From positions 5,746 to 69,745 of the forward strand of contig CAXULL010000005.1 of assembly GCA_964251895.1 (NCBI GenBank): 64,000 nt of DNA, written 5' to 3'. Of this stretch, positions 19,661 through 31,120 are shown piece after piece (position 1 is the stretch's first letter; every line of letters begins with the position of its first letter). The position numbers and the translations under genes are program-made. This stretch comes from an uncultured Friedmanniella sp. (GTDB lineage Bacteria; Actinomycetota; Actinomycetes; Propionibacteriales; Propionibacteriaceae). Under the pieces are notes generated by a model. The model ran no database searches. It was given only the letters and a program-made list of their open reading frames with translations, and was not told the origin of the DNA.

Positions 19661-20625
19661 TAGGCCGTCTCGAGGCGCCGGACGGCGGCGGCGACCTCGA
19701 GGGGCGAGGAGATCATCGTCAGGTGCCGGCCCGGCACGAAGACCGGCTCGGGAGCGCCGATCGCGGTGGCGGTCGAGGTCGGCGAGGTCGGCGTGTAGGC
19801 GCCGTCGACGTCGTCGCGGCCCCACACCACCAGCCGGGGCACGTCCGAGCGGCGGAGCGCGTCGAGCTGCTCCGAGGTCATCGCCGGGATCACCCCGCGC
19901 GTGGCGTTGGTCAGGAGCGCCCGCTCGGTGCCGCGCTGCTGCAGCGGGCGACGCCAGAGCTCGACCCCGGCCGCGTCGAGCGGTGCGCAGGTCGGGCCGC
20001 ACTGGCTGGCGTACAGGCGGCGGACCAGCCGGTCCGAACGCAGCGCCAGCCGGACGAGGCTCGTCCGGTAGGGGTCGACGAGGAGCCGCGGTCCCCAGGT
20101 CGGCACGTCCAGCGGCAGCGCGTCGCCGTCCAGGAAGACGACGCCCGCGACGTCGGCGGGCGCCTCGAGCGCCGCGAGCCCGACGATCGCCGCGGCGGAG
20201 GAGTGCCCGACGAGGATCGGCGCGTCCGCACCCGTCAGTCCCAGCGCACGGGTGAGGGCGAGCGTCTGGGCCACGTCGTGCCCGACGTCGAAGGGCGCCA
20301 CCGCGTCGCTGTAGCCCTGCCCCGTGAGGTCGAAGGCGTACACCCGGTGGTCGGCGCCGAGCGTCTCGCCGAGCGCGTGCCAGGCGTCCGCGGTCTCGAA
20401 CGCGCCGGGCACCAGCACCACCGGCGGGCCGTGGTCGCCCCACTGCAGGAACCGCGTCCGCACGTCGCCGGCCTGCAGGAACCTCAGCCCCGCGGGCGGC
20501 GTCGGGGGCCGGCTTGTCGCGAGGTCGTAGACGGCGCTGCCCGCGGTCACGACGCCGGCCGTCGCGAGCAGGGCCAGCAGCACGGTCCGCCACCGGTGCC
20601 GCCCGCGCCCGCGTCCTGGTGCCAC
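19660..20625 (-). CDS. alpha/beta hydrolase with N-terminal TM/signal anchor
   Basis: C-terminal 321 codons of track ORF 19660..23082: RWRTVLLALLATAGVVTAG, then VVLVPGAFE...ILVGHSSAA (GxSxG). GTG at 20625 has no clear RBS. Confidence 0.72.
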   Translation of the reverse strand: MAPGRGRGRHRWRTVLLALLATAGVVTAGSAVYDLATSRPPTPPAGLRFLQAGDVRTRFLQWGDHGPPVVLVPGAFETADAWHALGETLGADHRVYAFDLTGQGYSDAVAPFDVGHDVAQTLALTRALGLTGADAPILVGHSSAAAIVGLAALEAPADVAGVVFLDGDALPLDVPTWGPRLLVDPYRTSLVRLALRSDRLVRRLYASQCGPTCAPLDAAGVELWRRPLQQRGTERALLTNATRGVIPAMTSEQLDALRRSDVPRLVVWGRDDVDGAYTPTSPTSTATAIGAPEPVFVPGRHLTMISSPLEVAAAVRRLETA

Positions 20626-20706
20626 GGGTCCAGTGTGGGCGCGCCCTTCGACGGGCTTCGTGGACGTGGCCCGGGTGATACGGTCTCGCCGACCTGGACA
20701 CGGAAG

Positions 20707-21987
20707 GTGGAGGAACCCTTGCCCGACGAGCGTGGCGGCGCTCGCGCCGTGATCGGGCTGTGGGTGCTGACCCGGGCGCTGGCGGTGGTGGTCCTCGCGA
20801 CCGGCGAACGCATCGTCCTCGGCGACGTCTTCTACTACTGGCGCCGGATCAGCACGCTCGTCGAGGCCGGGCTGCCCGGGACGCTGCGCGAGTACCCGAC
20901 GCCCGTCGTCTGGTTCCTCTCGCTCCCCCAGATCGCCGGTGGCGGCTCCCGCACGGGCTACCTGGTCGCGTTCGTCCTGCTCATGCTGGCGCTCGACGGC
21001 GTCCTGACCTACCTCCTGTGGCGTGGCGCCGGCCGGCGCCACGACCTCGCGGTCGACTTCTGGATCGCGTACGTCTTCCTCGTCGGCCCGCTCTGCTACA
21101 CCCGCTTCGACATGGTGCCGGCCGTGCTCGCGGGCGGTGCCCTGCTGGCGGCGCGTCGCCGACCCTGGTTGACCGGCGCGTTGACCGGGCTCGGAGCCGC
21201 GATCAAGCTCTGGCCGGCCCTGCTGGCCGGCGCCTTCGCCGTCCGCCGCCGCGGTCGGGGCGCGATGCTCGGGGCGTTCGTCGGCGTCGGCTTCGGGCTC
21301 GCGGCCCTCAGCCTCGCGGTGGGCGGCACGAGCCGGCTCTTCTCCCCGCTCACCTGGCAGTCGGGCCGCGGCCTGCAGATCGAGTCGGTGTGGGCCACGC
21401 CGCTGATGGTCGCCCGGGCCTTCGACCCGGGACGCTGGTCCGTGCGCTACTCGACGTTCCAGGCGTACGAGGTGTTCGGGCCGGGAGTCTCCACGCTGCT
21501 CGTGGTGAGCACGGCCGCGACGGTCGTGGGGCTGGCCGTGACGGTGGTGCTGTTCGTGCGCGGCTTCCGCAACCCCGACGTCTCCGCCGTCGGGCTGGGG
21601 CTGCTCGTCCTCGCGACCATCGCGATCACGACCATCACCAACAAGACGCTCAGCCCGCAGTACCTGCTCTGGCTCGGCGGTCCGGCCGCCGTCCTGCTGC
21701 TCTCCCGGACCCGCGAGGGCGCCCGCTGGCACCGCGTGCTCATCCGGCTGGCCGTGCAGCTCCTGGTGCTGGCGCTCCTGACCCAGCTGACCTACCCGGT
21801 GCTCTACAACGGCCTGCTCGGCCACGGACCGGCGGCCCTCGCGGTCTCGTCCACGGTGGTGACGGCCCTGCGGAACCTGTCGCTGCTGGTCCTCACGGTC
21901 GAGGTCTGCCGCTACGCCTGGACGGCGCTCGCCGGGACCCCGCGAGACGTTCCGGCGGTGCCGGGGGCCCGTACGCCCTCCTCCTGA
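20707..21987 (+). CDS. polytopic membrane protein, GT87/DUF2029-like glycosyl(mannosyl)transferase
   Basis: The last roughly 426 codons of track ORF 19351..21987 have at least 10 TM helices and a conserved-looking YYWRR...YPTPVVW segment. The start is GTG 20707 or TTG 20719. Confidence 0.6.
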   Translation: MEEPLPDERGGARAVIGLWVLTRALAVVVLATGERIVLGDVFYYWRRISTLVEAGLPGTLREYPTPVVWFLSLPQIAGGGSRTGYLVAFVLLMLALDGVLTYLLWRGAGRRHDLAVDFWIAYVFLVGPLCYTRFDMVPAVLAGGALLAARRRPWLTGALTGLGAAIKLWPALLAGAFAVRRRGRGAMLGAFVGVGFGLAALSLAVGGTSRLFSPLTWQSGRGLQIESVWATPLMVARAFDPGRWSVRYSTFQAYEVFGPGVSTLLVVSTAATVVGLAVTVVLFVRGFRNPDVSAVGLGLLVLATIAITTITNKTLSPQYLLWLGGPAAVLLLSRTREGARWHRVLIRLAVQLLVLALLTQLTYPVLYNGLLGHGPAALAVSSTVVTALRNLSLLVLTVEVCRYAWTALAGTPRDVPAVPGARTPSS

Positions 21988-22204
21988 CCGGTCTCTGCCG
22001 ATCGGTCGCCCGAACGGTTCGCCGGGCGACGCGTCACCCCGGCTGCCCCGCGCCACGGCCAGGTGTGGGTATCGTGGAGCACCGTTGCGTCCGGCCCGGC
22101 CGGATGCCGCTGGCCCGCCGGGCGCCCTTCTCCACGACGTCCCGCGGTCGCGGTCAGACCCCGTCGGACGCACGGCGAGTCGAAGCAACGGAAGAAGGCG
22201 ACAA

Positions 22205-25200
22205 GTGGCCATCGCGCCAGGTACATCCACCCCCGCGTCGAGCGGAACAGCGGACCCCGGGGCGGAGAGCGACTTCGGGGCCAACGACTGGCTGCTGGAG
22301 GAGATGTACGAGCGCTTCACGGCCGACCCGTCCTCGGTCGACGCCAGCTGGGCCGAGTACTTCGCCGCCCACGGCATGGCCGCCACGCCGACCGCGACGC
22401 CCGAGGCGCAGCGTGCGCCCGCAGCCCGTGCGGCCGACCCCGCCCCGAAGCCCGCCGGCTCCCCCGACGGGCACGTCGGCAGCAACGGCGCCAACGGCTC
22501 CAACGGCTCCAACGGCTCCAACGCCAAGAGCGCCAACGGGTCCCGGCCCGACGCGAACGGGGCCGCGTCCCGCTCCGTCCCGCGCGACCCGGCGGCGACT
22601 CCCACGTCGAGCTCGGGCGCCGGCGCGCCGGCCGACGACCCGGTCACGGCGCGTCCGCGAGCCCCGCGCGAGGAGACCCCCGACCAGCCCGCACCGGCCG
22701 GCGCCAGCAGCCCGGCGGCGCGCCGCCAGCCGACCGTCGAGACCGCGGTCCCGGCCAAGGAGGGCCGGCCCAGCGCGCCCGGCGCCCGCGGCGGTGTGCC
22801 CGCCGACCCGCCGAACCCGTCCGACCGGCCCGAGGTCGGCAACGAGGAGCCCACCCGTACGACGCTGCGCGGCGCCCCGGCGCGGACGGCCAAGAACATG
22901 GACGCGTCGCTGAGCATCCCGACGGCGACCAGCGTCCGCTCGCTGCCCGTCAAGCTGCTGATCGACCAGCGCATCGTCATCAACAACCACCTGCGGCGCA
23001 GCCGCGGCGGCAAGGTCTCGTTCACGCACCTGATCGGCTTCGCCATGGTCCAGGCGCTGAAGAGCGTCCCCGCCATGAACAACAGCTACGCCGTCGTCGA
23101 CGGCAAGCCGACGATGGTCCAGCCGGCCCACATCAACCTCGGGCTGGCCATCGACCTGCCGCGGCCCGACGGCACCCGCCAGCTGCTCGTGCCGAGCATC
23201 AAGAGCTGCGAGACGCTCGACTTCGCGCAGTTCTGGGCCGCGTACGAGGCGATGGTGGCCAAGGCGCGCAAGGGCGAGCTGGCGGTCACCGACTTCGCCG
23301 GCACGACGATCACGCTGACGAACCCGGGCACCATCGGCACGAACCACTCCGTGCCGCGCCTGGTCGAGGGCCAGGGCACGATCATTGGCGTCGGGTCGAT
23401 GGACTACCCGGCCGAGTTCCAGGGCTCCAGCACCGACCGGCTCGCCGAGGCGGCCGTGAGCAAGATCCTCACGCTGACCTCGACCTACGACCACCGCGTG
23501 ATCCAGGGCGCGCAGTCCGGGGAGTACCTGCGCAAGCTGCACGCGCTGCTGCTCGGCGAGGAGGGCTTCTACGACGACGTCTTCGCGGCGCTGCGGATCC
23601 CGTACGAGCCGATTCGGTGGGCGCAGGACGTCAGCACCGACCACGAGGACCAGATCCCCAAGCAGGCGCGGATCATGGAGCTGATCAACGCCTACCGCGT
23701 GCGCGGGCACCTGATGGCCGACACCGACCCGCTGGAGTACCGGCAGCGGCGCCACCACGACCTCGACGTGCAGAGCCACGGCCTGACGCTGTGGGACCTC
23801 GACCGCGAGTTCGCCACGGGCGCCTTCGGCGGCGGCCAGGGCCGGATGAAGATGCGCAAGATCCTCGGGATCCTGCGCGACTCCTACTGCCGCACGACCG
23901 GCGTGGAGTACATGCACATCTCCGACCCGACGCAGCGGCGCTGGATCCAGGACCGGGTGGAGCGCCCGCACGAGTCGCTGCCGCGCGAGCAGCACCTGCG
24001 GATCCTGGACAAGCTGAACGAGTCGGAGGTCTTCGAGACCTTCCTGCAGACCAAGTTCGTCGGGCAGAAGCGCTTCAGCCTCGAGGGCGGCGAGTCCGCG
24101 ATCGCGGTGCTCGACGAGGTCTGCGAGCAGGCGGCCGACGCCGGGCTGGCCGAGGTCTGCATCGGCATGCCGCACCGCGGCCGGCTGAACGTGCTCGCCA
24201 ACGTCGTCGGCAAGTCGTACGCGCAGATCTTTCGCGAGTTCGAGGGCAACATCGACCCGCGGACCGTCCAGGGCTCCGGCGACGTCAAGTACCACCTGGG
24301 CTCGGAGGGCGAGTTCACCGCGCTCAGCGGGGCCACCATCAAGGCCTCCGTCGCGGCCAACCCGAGCCACCTCGAGGCCGTCGACCCGGTGCTCGAGGGC
24401 ATCACCCGGGCCAAGCAGGACATCCTCGACCAGGGCCAGGACTTCCCGGTCCTGCCCGTGCTGATGCACGGCGACGCGGCGTTCGCGGGGCAGGGCGTGG
24501 TCGCGGAGACGCTGAACCTGTCGCAGCTGCGCGGCTACCGCACCGGCGGCACGATCCACATCATCGTGAACAACCAGGTCGGCTTCACCACCTCCCCGAC
24601 CGAGTCGCGCTCGTCGGTCTACTGCACCGACGTGGCGCGGATGGTCGCGGCGCCGATCTTCCACGTCAACGGCGACGACCCCGAGGCCTGCATCCGCGTG
24701 GCGCGGCTGGCCTTCGCCTTCCGGCAGGAGTTCAACAAGGACGTCGTCATCGACATCGTCTGCTACCGCCGCCGCGGCCACAACGAGGGCGACGACCCGA
24801 GCTTCACGCAGCCCCGGATGTACGACCTCATCGAGAAGAAGCGGTCGACGCGCAAGCTCTACACCGAGGCCCTGATCGGTCGCGGCGACATCTCCGTCGA
24901 GGACGCCGAGGGCGTGCTGACGCGCTTCCAGGAGCGGCTGGAGAGCGTGTTCCGCGAGGTGCGCGACCCCGAGCTGCCGCCGCGCGACGCGACCGTGCGG
25001 TCCGTGCCGGCCTATCCGAGCAAGCGCTCCACGACGGGCACGTCGGCGATCACGCTCGAGGACATGAAGAAGATCGCGGACGCCCACACGACGTTCCCCG
25101 AGGGCTTCAGCGTCCACCCGAAGGTGATGCCGCAGCTGCAGCGCCGGGCCACGGCCATCGCCCAGGGCCCGATCGACTGGGCCACCGGCGAGATCCTCGC

Positions 25201-26215
25201 GCTCGGCTCCCTGCTGCTGGAGGGCCGTACGGTCCGCCTCACCGGCCAGGACACCCGGCGCGGGACGTTCGCCCAGCGGTTCGCCGCGATCGTGGACCGC
25301 AAGACCGGCGAGTCGTGGGTGCCGCTGAAGCACCTGGACGACGACCAGGCCAAGTTCCACGTGTTCGACACGCTGCTCAGCGAGTACGCGGCGATGGGCT
25401 TCGAGTACGGCTACTCGGTGGCCCGGCCGGACGCGCTGGTGCTGTGGGAGGCGCAGTTCGGCGACTTCGCGAACGGCGCGCAGACCATCATCGACGAGTA
25501 CATCGCCTCCGGCGAGGCGAAGTGGACGCAGAAGTCGGGCGTCGTGCTGCTCCTGCCGCACGGCCTCGAGGGCCAGGGCCCCGACCACTCGTCGGCGCGG
25601 ATCGAGCGGTTCCTGCTGCTCGCGGCCGAGGAGGCGTTCGTGGTCGCGCAGCCGTCGACCCCGGCGAGCTACTTCCACCTGCTGCGCCGCCACGCGCTCA
25701 ACGAGCGGCACCGCCCGGTCATCGTGGCGACGCCGAAGTCGATGCTGCGCAACAAGCAGGCCGTCTCCATGCCGGACGACTTCACGTCCGGCTCCTGGCT
25801 GCCGGTGCTCGCCGACCCGACCATCACCGACCCGTCGAAGGTCGAGAAGGTCCTGCTCTGCTCGGGCAAGGTTCGCTGGGACCTGGTCACCCGCCGTACG
25901 CAGAACGGTCAGGACGGCAAGGTCGCCATCATCCCGGTCGAGCGGCTCTACCCGCTGCCCGCGCAGGAGATCGCCGACCAGCTGGCCTCCTTCGACCAGG
26001 TCCGCGAGGTCACCTGGGTGCAGGACGAGCCGGCCAACCAGGGTGCCTGGCCGTTCATGGCCCTCAACCTGCCCGCCGCGCTGCGCGAGGCCGTGCCGGA
26101 CCGCCGCTGGGAGCTCCTGTCGGTCACCCGGGCGGCGTCCTCGGCCCCCTCGGTCGGCTCGGCCAAGGTGAGCGAGCAGCAGCAGAAGGCCATGCTCGAC
26201 GCCGCGTTCGCCTGA
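22205..26215 (+). CDS. kgd: multifunctional 2-oxoglutarate decarboxylase/dehydrogenase E1 with fused E2-like acyltransferase domain (Kgd/OdhA type)
   Basis: N-terminus [15 protein letters not shown], a P/A-rich linker, an E2 catalytic-like segment ([14 protein letters not shown]) and the ThDP E1 core ([41 protein letters not shown]). GTG at 22205. Confidence 0.94.
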   Translation: MAIAPGTSTPASSGTADPGAESDFGANDWLLEEMYERFTADPSSVDASWAEYFAAHGMAATPTATPEAQRAPAARAADPAPKPAGSPDGHVGSNGANGSNGSNGSNAKSANGSRPDANGAASRSVPRDPAATPTSSSGAGAPADDPVTARPRAPREETPDQPAPAGASSPAARRQPTVETAVPAKEGRPSAPGARGGVPADPPNPSDRPEVGNEEPTRTTLRGAPARTAKNMDASLSIPTATSVRSLPVKLLIDQRIVINNHLRRSRGGKVSFTHLIGFAMVQALKSVPAMNNSYAVVDGKPTMVQPAHINLGLAIDLPRPDGTRQLLVPSIKSCETLDFAQFWAAYEAMVAKARKGELAVTDFAGTTITLTNPGTIGTNHSVPRLVEGQGTIIGVGSMDYPAEFQGSSTDRLAEAAVSKILTLTSTYDHRVIQGAQSGEYLRKLHALLLGEEGFYDDVFAALRIPYEPIRWAQDVSTDHEDQIPKQARIMELINAYRVRGHLMADTDPLEYRQRRHHDLDVQSHGLTLWDLDREFATGAFGGGQGRMKMRKILGILRDSYCRTTGVEYMHISDPTQRRWIQDRVERPHESLPREQHLRILDKLNESEVFETFLQTKFVGQKRFSLEGGESAIAVLDEVCEQAADAGLAEVCIGMPHRGRLNVLANVVGKSYAQIFREFEGNIDPRTVQGSGDVKYHLGSEGEFTALSGATIKASVAANPSHLEAVDPVLEGITRAKQDILDQGQDFPVLPVLMHGDAAFAGQGVVAETLNLSQLRGYRTGGTIHIIVNNQVGFTTSPTESRSSVYCTDVARMVAAPIFHVNGDDPEACIRVARLAFAFRQEFNKDVVIDIVCYRRRGHNEGDDPSFTQPRMYDLIEKKRSTRKLYTEALIGRGDISVEDAEGVLTRFQERLESVFREVRDPELPPRDATVRSVPAYPSKRSTTGTSAITLEDMKKIADAHTTFPEGFSVHPKVMPQLQRRATAIAQGPIDWATGEILALGSLLLEGRTVRLTGQDTRRGTFAQRFAAIVDRKTGESWVPLKHLDDDQAKFHVFDTLLSEYAAMGFEYGYSVARPDALVLWEAQFGDFANGAQTIIDEYIASGEAKWTQKSGVVLLLPHGLEGQGPDHSSARIERFLLLAAEEAFVVAQPSTPASYFHLLRRHALNERHRPVIVATPKSMLRNKQAVSMPDDFTSGSWLPVLADPTITDPSKVEKVLLCSGKVRWDLVTRRTQNGQDGKVAIIPVERLYPLPAQEIADQLASFDQVREVTWVQDEPANQGAWPFMALNLPAALREAVPDRRWELLSVTRAASSAPSVGSAKVSEQQQKAMLDAAFA

Positions 26216-26325
26216 GCGAGGCGCTCCTGACCTCGCAGCCGCACAGGCTGCAGCCAGCCGCACAGGGTCGTACCAGTGCGGCTGGCCCGGAGGTGTGCGG
26301 CTGACCCGTCTCGAAGGGAGCAGGT

Positions 26326-26502
26326 GTGTACTTCACCGACCGCGGCATCGAGGAGCTGGCCTCGCGTCGGGGTGACGACCACGTCACCCTGGCGTGGCTG
26401 GCCGAGCAGCTCCAGACGTTCGTCGACCTCAACCCCGAGTTCGAGGTCCCCGTCGAACGCCTCGCCACCTGGCTCGCCCGCCTCGACGACGAGGACGACT
26501 GA
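26326..26502 (+). CDS. small acidic conserved actinobacterial protein (DUF6104-like, from memory)
   Basis: 58 codons, not in the ORF track. GTG lies 6 nt after GGGAGCAGG. Sequence: VYFTDRGIEELASRRGDDHVTLAWLAEQLQTFVDLNPEFEVPVERLATWLARLDDEDD, with high GC3. Confidence 0.6.
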   Translation: MYFTDRGIEELASRRGDDHVTLAWLAEQLQTFVDLNPEFEVPVERLATWLARLDDEDD

Positions 26503-26513
26503 CGGTCTCGCGT

Positions 26514-26557
26514 GCGGTCGCACCTGCGGTCGCGCCTGCGGTCGCGCCTGCGGTCGG
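26514..26557. repeat. 12-bp tandem repeat, about 3.7 copies (GCGGTCGCRCCT)
   Basis: GCGGTCGCACCT GCGGTCGCGCCT GCGGTCGCGCCT GCGGTCGG, immediately after the stop of the small ORF. Confidence 0.9.
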
Positions 26558-26643
26558 TTTACCACGTCAACGTGGTGTTCTGGCCGTGACCACGGCAGAT
26601 TTGCCACGGTCACGGGTGGTTTACCACGTTAACGTGGTAAACC
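26556..26643. repeat. two copies of GGTTTACCACGTYAACGTGGT flanking an imperfect hairpin; the second copy is a perfect 26-bp palindrome
   Basis: Copy 1 is 26556-26576. Copy 2 is 26618-26638, inside the palindrome GGTTTACCACGTTAACGTGGTAAACC (26618-26643). The central element is CCGTGACCACGGCAGATTTGCCACGGTCACGG. Confidence 0.9.
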
Positions 26644-27142
26644 CACCGGTTCCGGCACCGAACGAGCGGGGCCGGAACATCCCGATCTCGACGCCGCCGA
26701 GACGGGGTTCCTCGGCCTCGGTACCGTCGGGGACGAAGCCGTTGCGGGCGTAGAAGCGGCGCGCGCGGAGGTTGTCGCGGAACACCTCCAGCGTGGCCGG
26801 CTCGTCGCCGAGGACGGCGTCGAGGAGTCGTCGGCCCAGCCCGGTGCTCCAGTACGCGCGGCGCACGTACAGCCCGTTGAGGTGCGCCGGACCCCCTCCG
26901 GCCGCCGGACGCACGGAGGCGAAGCCGACCAGCGCACCGGCGTCCTCGGCGACCCGGACGGGCCACTCCCCGCCGAGGAAGCCCCGCCACCGTCCGACGA
27001 ACCCCTCCACGTCCGCGAGGAACGGGGCCAGCCGGGCCGGGTCGACGAGGTCGCCGCACGCCTCCCGCCAGCACGCGAGGTGGCAGCGGCCGAGCGCCTC
27101 CGCGTCGGCCGGCACCGCCGCCCGGACGAGCACGTCCGTCAC
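26621..27142 (-). CDS. GNAT family N-acetyltransferase
   Basis: GTG at 27142 overlaps the upstream stop (GTGA). The acetyl-CoA motif region is LYVRRAYWSTGLGRRLLDAV...FYARNGF. The C-terminal codons and stop lie inside the 26-bp palindrome. Confidence 0.78.
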   Translation of the reverse strand: MTDVLVRAAVPADAEALGRCHLACWREACGDLVDPARLAPFLADVEGFVGRWRGFLGGEWPVRVAEDAGALVGFASVRPAAGGGPAHLNGLYVRRAYWSTGLGRRLLDAVLGDEPATLEVFRDNLRARRFYARNGFVPDGTEAEEPRLGGVEIGMFRPRSFGAGTGGFTTLTW

Positions 27143-27567
27143 GGCGTGCTCCCGTCGGACCGGGTCGCGCGCCAGGCCTCGACGCGACGGCCCGAGGCAC
27201 GCGAGCACCAGGCGTCCTCGACCACCTCGGTCAGCTGCTGCAGCGTGAGCTCGCCCAGCCGGCTCGCCCGGACCAGCACGGACGGGTGCCCGTCGAAGTG
27301 CGGCGTCGTGAAGAACGGGTTCGACCCGTCCTCGACGAGCGCCTGCTTGTCGCCCTCGTCCGGCACCCACAGGACGATCACGTCCGCGTACCGCTCGCCG
27401 GTCTCGGCGTCGAACGCGTCCGGTCGGGGCGTTCGGAAGAACACGAAGCTCTTGCCGCCGACCTGGTAGACCGCGTTCCCCGAGCCGCCCGCGACCACGG
27501 TCACGTGCGGCATCGCCTGCGCCGCCGCGTGCACGTCCGAGACGCGCGCTCGGCGGCCCGACCCCAT
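27139..27567 (-). CDS. MmcQ/YjbR-like protein (putative DNA-binding fold)
   Basis: 142 aa, translationally coupled to the downstream GNAT. The segment VYQVGGKSFVFF...FFTTPHFDGHPSVLV resembles YjbR-family proteins. The assignment is tentative. Confidence 0.5.
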   Translation of the reverse strand: MGSGRRARVSDVHAAAQAMPHVTVVAGGSGNAVYQVGGKSFVFFRTPRPDAFDAETGERYADVIVLWVPDEGDKQALVEDGSNPFFTTPHFDGHPSVLVRASRLGELTLQQLTEVVEDAWCSRASGRRVEAWRATRSDGSTP

Positions 27568-27609
27568 GGCCGCGAGCGTAGGCCTGCCCGGCTCGTCGGT
27601 CGAGAGGAT

Positions 27610-28674
27610 TCAGGCGGTACGGCGGCGGCGCAGGAACGGGTCGGCCAGGGCGGGCGGGACGTAGCCGAGGTCCTCACGCGACAGCGTGACGCCGGGCGGC
27701 ACGATCTCGTCGATGCGGTCCAGCACGTCGGTGCTCAGCACCACGTCGGCCGCACCGAGCTGGGTCTCGAGCTGCTCCATCGTGCGCGGGCCGATGATCG
27801 GGGCCGTGACTGCGGGGTGCGCGAGGACGAAGGCGATCGCCAGGTGCACCAGGCTCAGCCCGGCCTCCTCGGCCAGCACCGCGAGCGCGTCCGCGGCCTC
27901 GAGCTTGGCCTGGTTGCCCGGCAGGGACAGGTCGTAGCGCGCCGGCATCCGCTTGGCCCGGTTGGACTCGGGCGTGTCCTGGCCGAGCCGGAACCTCCCG
28001 CTCAGCCAGCCGCCGGCCAGCGGGCTCCACGGGATGACCCCCATGCCGTACTTCTCGGTCACCGGCAGCAGGTCGGCCTCGATGCCGCGGACGAGGATCG
28101 AGTACGGCGGCTGCTCGGTGACGAAGCGACCGAGACCGCGGCGTTCCGCGACCCACTGCGCCTCGACGGTCTCGTACGCGGGGTAGGTCGACGAGCCGAA
28201 GGCGCGGATCTTGCCCTGCCGCTGCAGGTCGGTCAGCGCCGAGAGGGTCTCCTCGACGTCGGTCCCGCGCTCCGGACGGTGCACCTGGTAGAGGTCGATC
28301 CAGTCCGTCTTGAGCCGGCGCAGGCTCGCCTCGACCTCCCGCACGATCCAGCGCCGGGAGTTGCCCCGCTGGTTGGGGTCGCCGCCCGGCTGCCCCATCG
28401 CGACGTCCATCGGGCCGTGGAACTTGGTGGCGAGGATGACGTCGTCGCGCCGGCCGCCGGCCAGGGCCTCGCCGACGATCTCCTCCGACTCGCCCTGGGA
28501 GTACACGTCCGCGGTGTCGATGAAGTTGATGCCGGCGTCGAGCGCGGCGTGGATGATCTCGGTGCTGCGGGCGTGGTCGGGCTCCCCCCAGGGGCCGAAC
28601 ATCATCGCCCCCAGACAGAGGGGGCTGACCATCATGCCGGTGCGTCCGAGGCTGCGGTGTTCCATGCTCCCCAC
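27610..28674 (-). CDS. aldo/keto reductase
   Basis: LGRTGMMVSPLCLGAMMFG...GINFIDTADVYSQGESEEIVG. The start is GTG 28674 or ATG 28665. Confidence 0.9.
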   Translation of the reverse strand: MGSMEHRSLGRTGMMVSPLCLGAMMFGPWGEPDHARSTEIIHAALDAGINFIDTADVYSQGESEEIVGEALAGGRRDDVILATKFHGPMDVAMGQPGGDPNQRGNSRRWIVREVEASLRRLKTDWIDLYQVHRPERGTDVEETLSALTDLQRQGKIRAFGSSTYPAYETVEAQWVAERRGLGRFVTEQPPYSILVRGIEADLLPVTEKYGMGVIPWSPLAGGWLSGRFRLGQDTPESNRAKRMPARYDLSLPGNQAKLEAADALAVLAEEAGLSLVHLAIAFVLAHPAVTAPIIGPRTMEQLETQLGAADVVLSTDVLDRIDEIVPPGVTLSREDLGYVPPALADPFLRRRRTA

Positions 28675-28738
28675 CCTAGGAACCCCGCTGCCGCCGCTGC
28701 GACGAGGCCCGTCGGTGCCTCGGCACTACAGTGCTGCG

Positions 28739-29928
<1,190 letters not shown>

Positions 29929-29932
<4 letters not shown>

Positions 29933-30465
29933 CGGCGCCGACGGTCCGCGACGCGACGACCGCGGACGCGTCCGGCTGCGCCGCGGTCTACGCGCCGTAC
30001 GTCCTCGGCACCGCGGCGTCGTTCGAGACCGACCCGCCGGCGCCCGACGAGGTGGCGCGTCGCATCGAGGCCGCGCTGCGGACCCACGCGTGGGTCGTGG
30101 CCGAGCGCGGGGCCGAGCTCGTCGGCTACGCGTACGGCACGCCGTACAAGCCGCGGCCCGCCTACCGCTGGACCTCGGAGGTCAGCGTCTACGTCGCCGG
30201 GGACCAGCACGGTGGGGGCGTGGGTCGGATGCTGTACGACGAGCTGCTCACCCGGCTCGCCCGCCGTGGTGTCCGGACCGTCGTGGCGAGCATGACGCTG
30301 CCGAACCCGGCGAGCGCCGGGCTGCACGCGGCGCTCGGCTTCAGCCCGGCCGGCGTCCTCGAGCGGGTCGGGTGGAAGCACGGGCGCTGGCACGACGTGG
30401 CGCTGCTCCAGCGCCGGATCGGTCCCGAGCCGGACCACGCGGGCCCGCCCTCCGAACCGACGTGA
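29929..30465 (+). CDS. GNAT N-acetyltransferase (phosphinothricin acetyltransferase-like)
   Basis: GTG overlaps the galK stop (GTGA). IRDAT-like N-terminus (VRDATTADASGCAAVYAPYV), YRWTSEVSVYV, GGGVGRMLY. Confidence 0.78.
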
Positions 30466-30870
30466 TCAAGCCGGTTCGGACGCCTCGTCCTGCACGACGA
30501 GCGCCTGGGTCGACCGCGGGTGCAAGATCAGGACCAGGGTCACCAACGACGCCACGATCATCGCCACGGCCACCCACGTCGTCGGTGCGCCACGGAAGCT
30601 CCAGCCGACGGGGAGCATGATCAGCTGGACCACGACGATGGGGGCCCGCGACCACCGCCGGACGCGCAGCAGGGCGTGCGCAGCCGCGAAGAGCAGGACC
30701 GCGAAGCCGATCATGAAGGCGGCGACCCCGACCCCCACGACGGCGCGGAAGAGGCGCACCTGGAAGATCTCGGCCACCCCGAACCCCAGGGCCGCGAGGC
30801 CCTCCAGCGCGGCGACGGCGGCAGCACCGGCGAGCTGGGGCGGCCGGGATGGGCGTACGGCGTCGGCCAC
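30466..30870 (-). CDS. hypothetical integral membrane protein
   Basis: 134 aa with 4 predicted TM helices. No recognisable family. Confidence 0.5.
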   Translation of the reverse strand: MADAVRPSRPPQLAGAAAVAALEGLAALGFGVAEIFQVRLFRAVVGVGVAAFMIGFAVLLFAAAHALLRVRRWSRAPIVVVQLIMLPVGWSFRGAPTTWVAVAMIVASLVTLVLILHPRSTQALVVQDEASEPA

Positions 30871-31120
30871 GCGCCCACTGTAGGACGCCGTTCAGGCGGC
30901 GAGGGGGTCACGAGCAGGTGTCGGAGACCAGACCAGCGGGCAAGTGGGCTGTAACAAGTCCGAAATGTGAGCGAACCTACGCCCGGTCCCCTTGTGCAGG
31001 TGGGCGATAGTTGAAAGGCTGAACCCCGGTGGAGGTCGCCAGTGTAAGACGTGACGATCCCACCCGCACACCGGGTATCCCTTGGGTACCGGTGCCGGAC
31101 TATCAAGGAGAGTGCAAGCC

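Noticed and set aside
486-26263. Very long ORFs in the track (for example 486..2744-, 1121..3562+, 9019..13392-, 10248..14414+, 15375..18182-, 19660..23082-, 22154..26263-, 22063..26304+).
   Set aside because: Their translations are Arg/Gly/Pro/Asp-rich low-complexity strings that run antisense to, or out of frame with, genes having clear family motifs. This is the expected stop-codon-poor artefact of about 72% GC DNA. Only the terminal in-frame portions that match real proteins were kept.
26514-26643. Possible CRISPR array.
   Set aside because: The repeats are 12 bp and directly abutting with no spacers. The larger 21-bp repeats occur only twice. No cas genes are in the window.
30960-31100. 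CRP/Cmr-type sites (TGTGA-N6-TCACA) upstream of whiB1, as known in M. tuberculosis.
   Set aside because: Only half-site-like matches are seen (TGTGAGCGAACCTACG, GTGTAAGACGTGAC). No acceptable palindromic second half was found, so the site is not supportable by eye.
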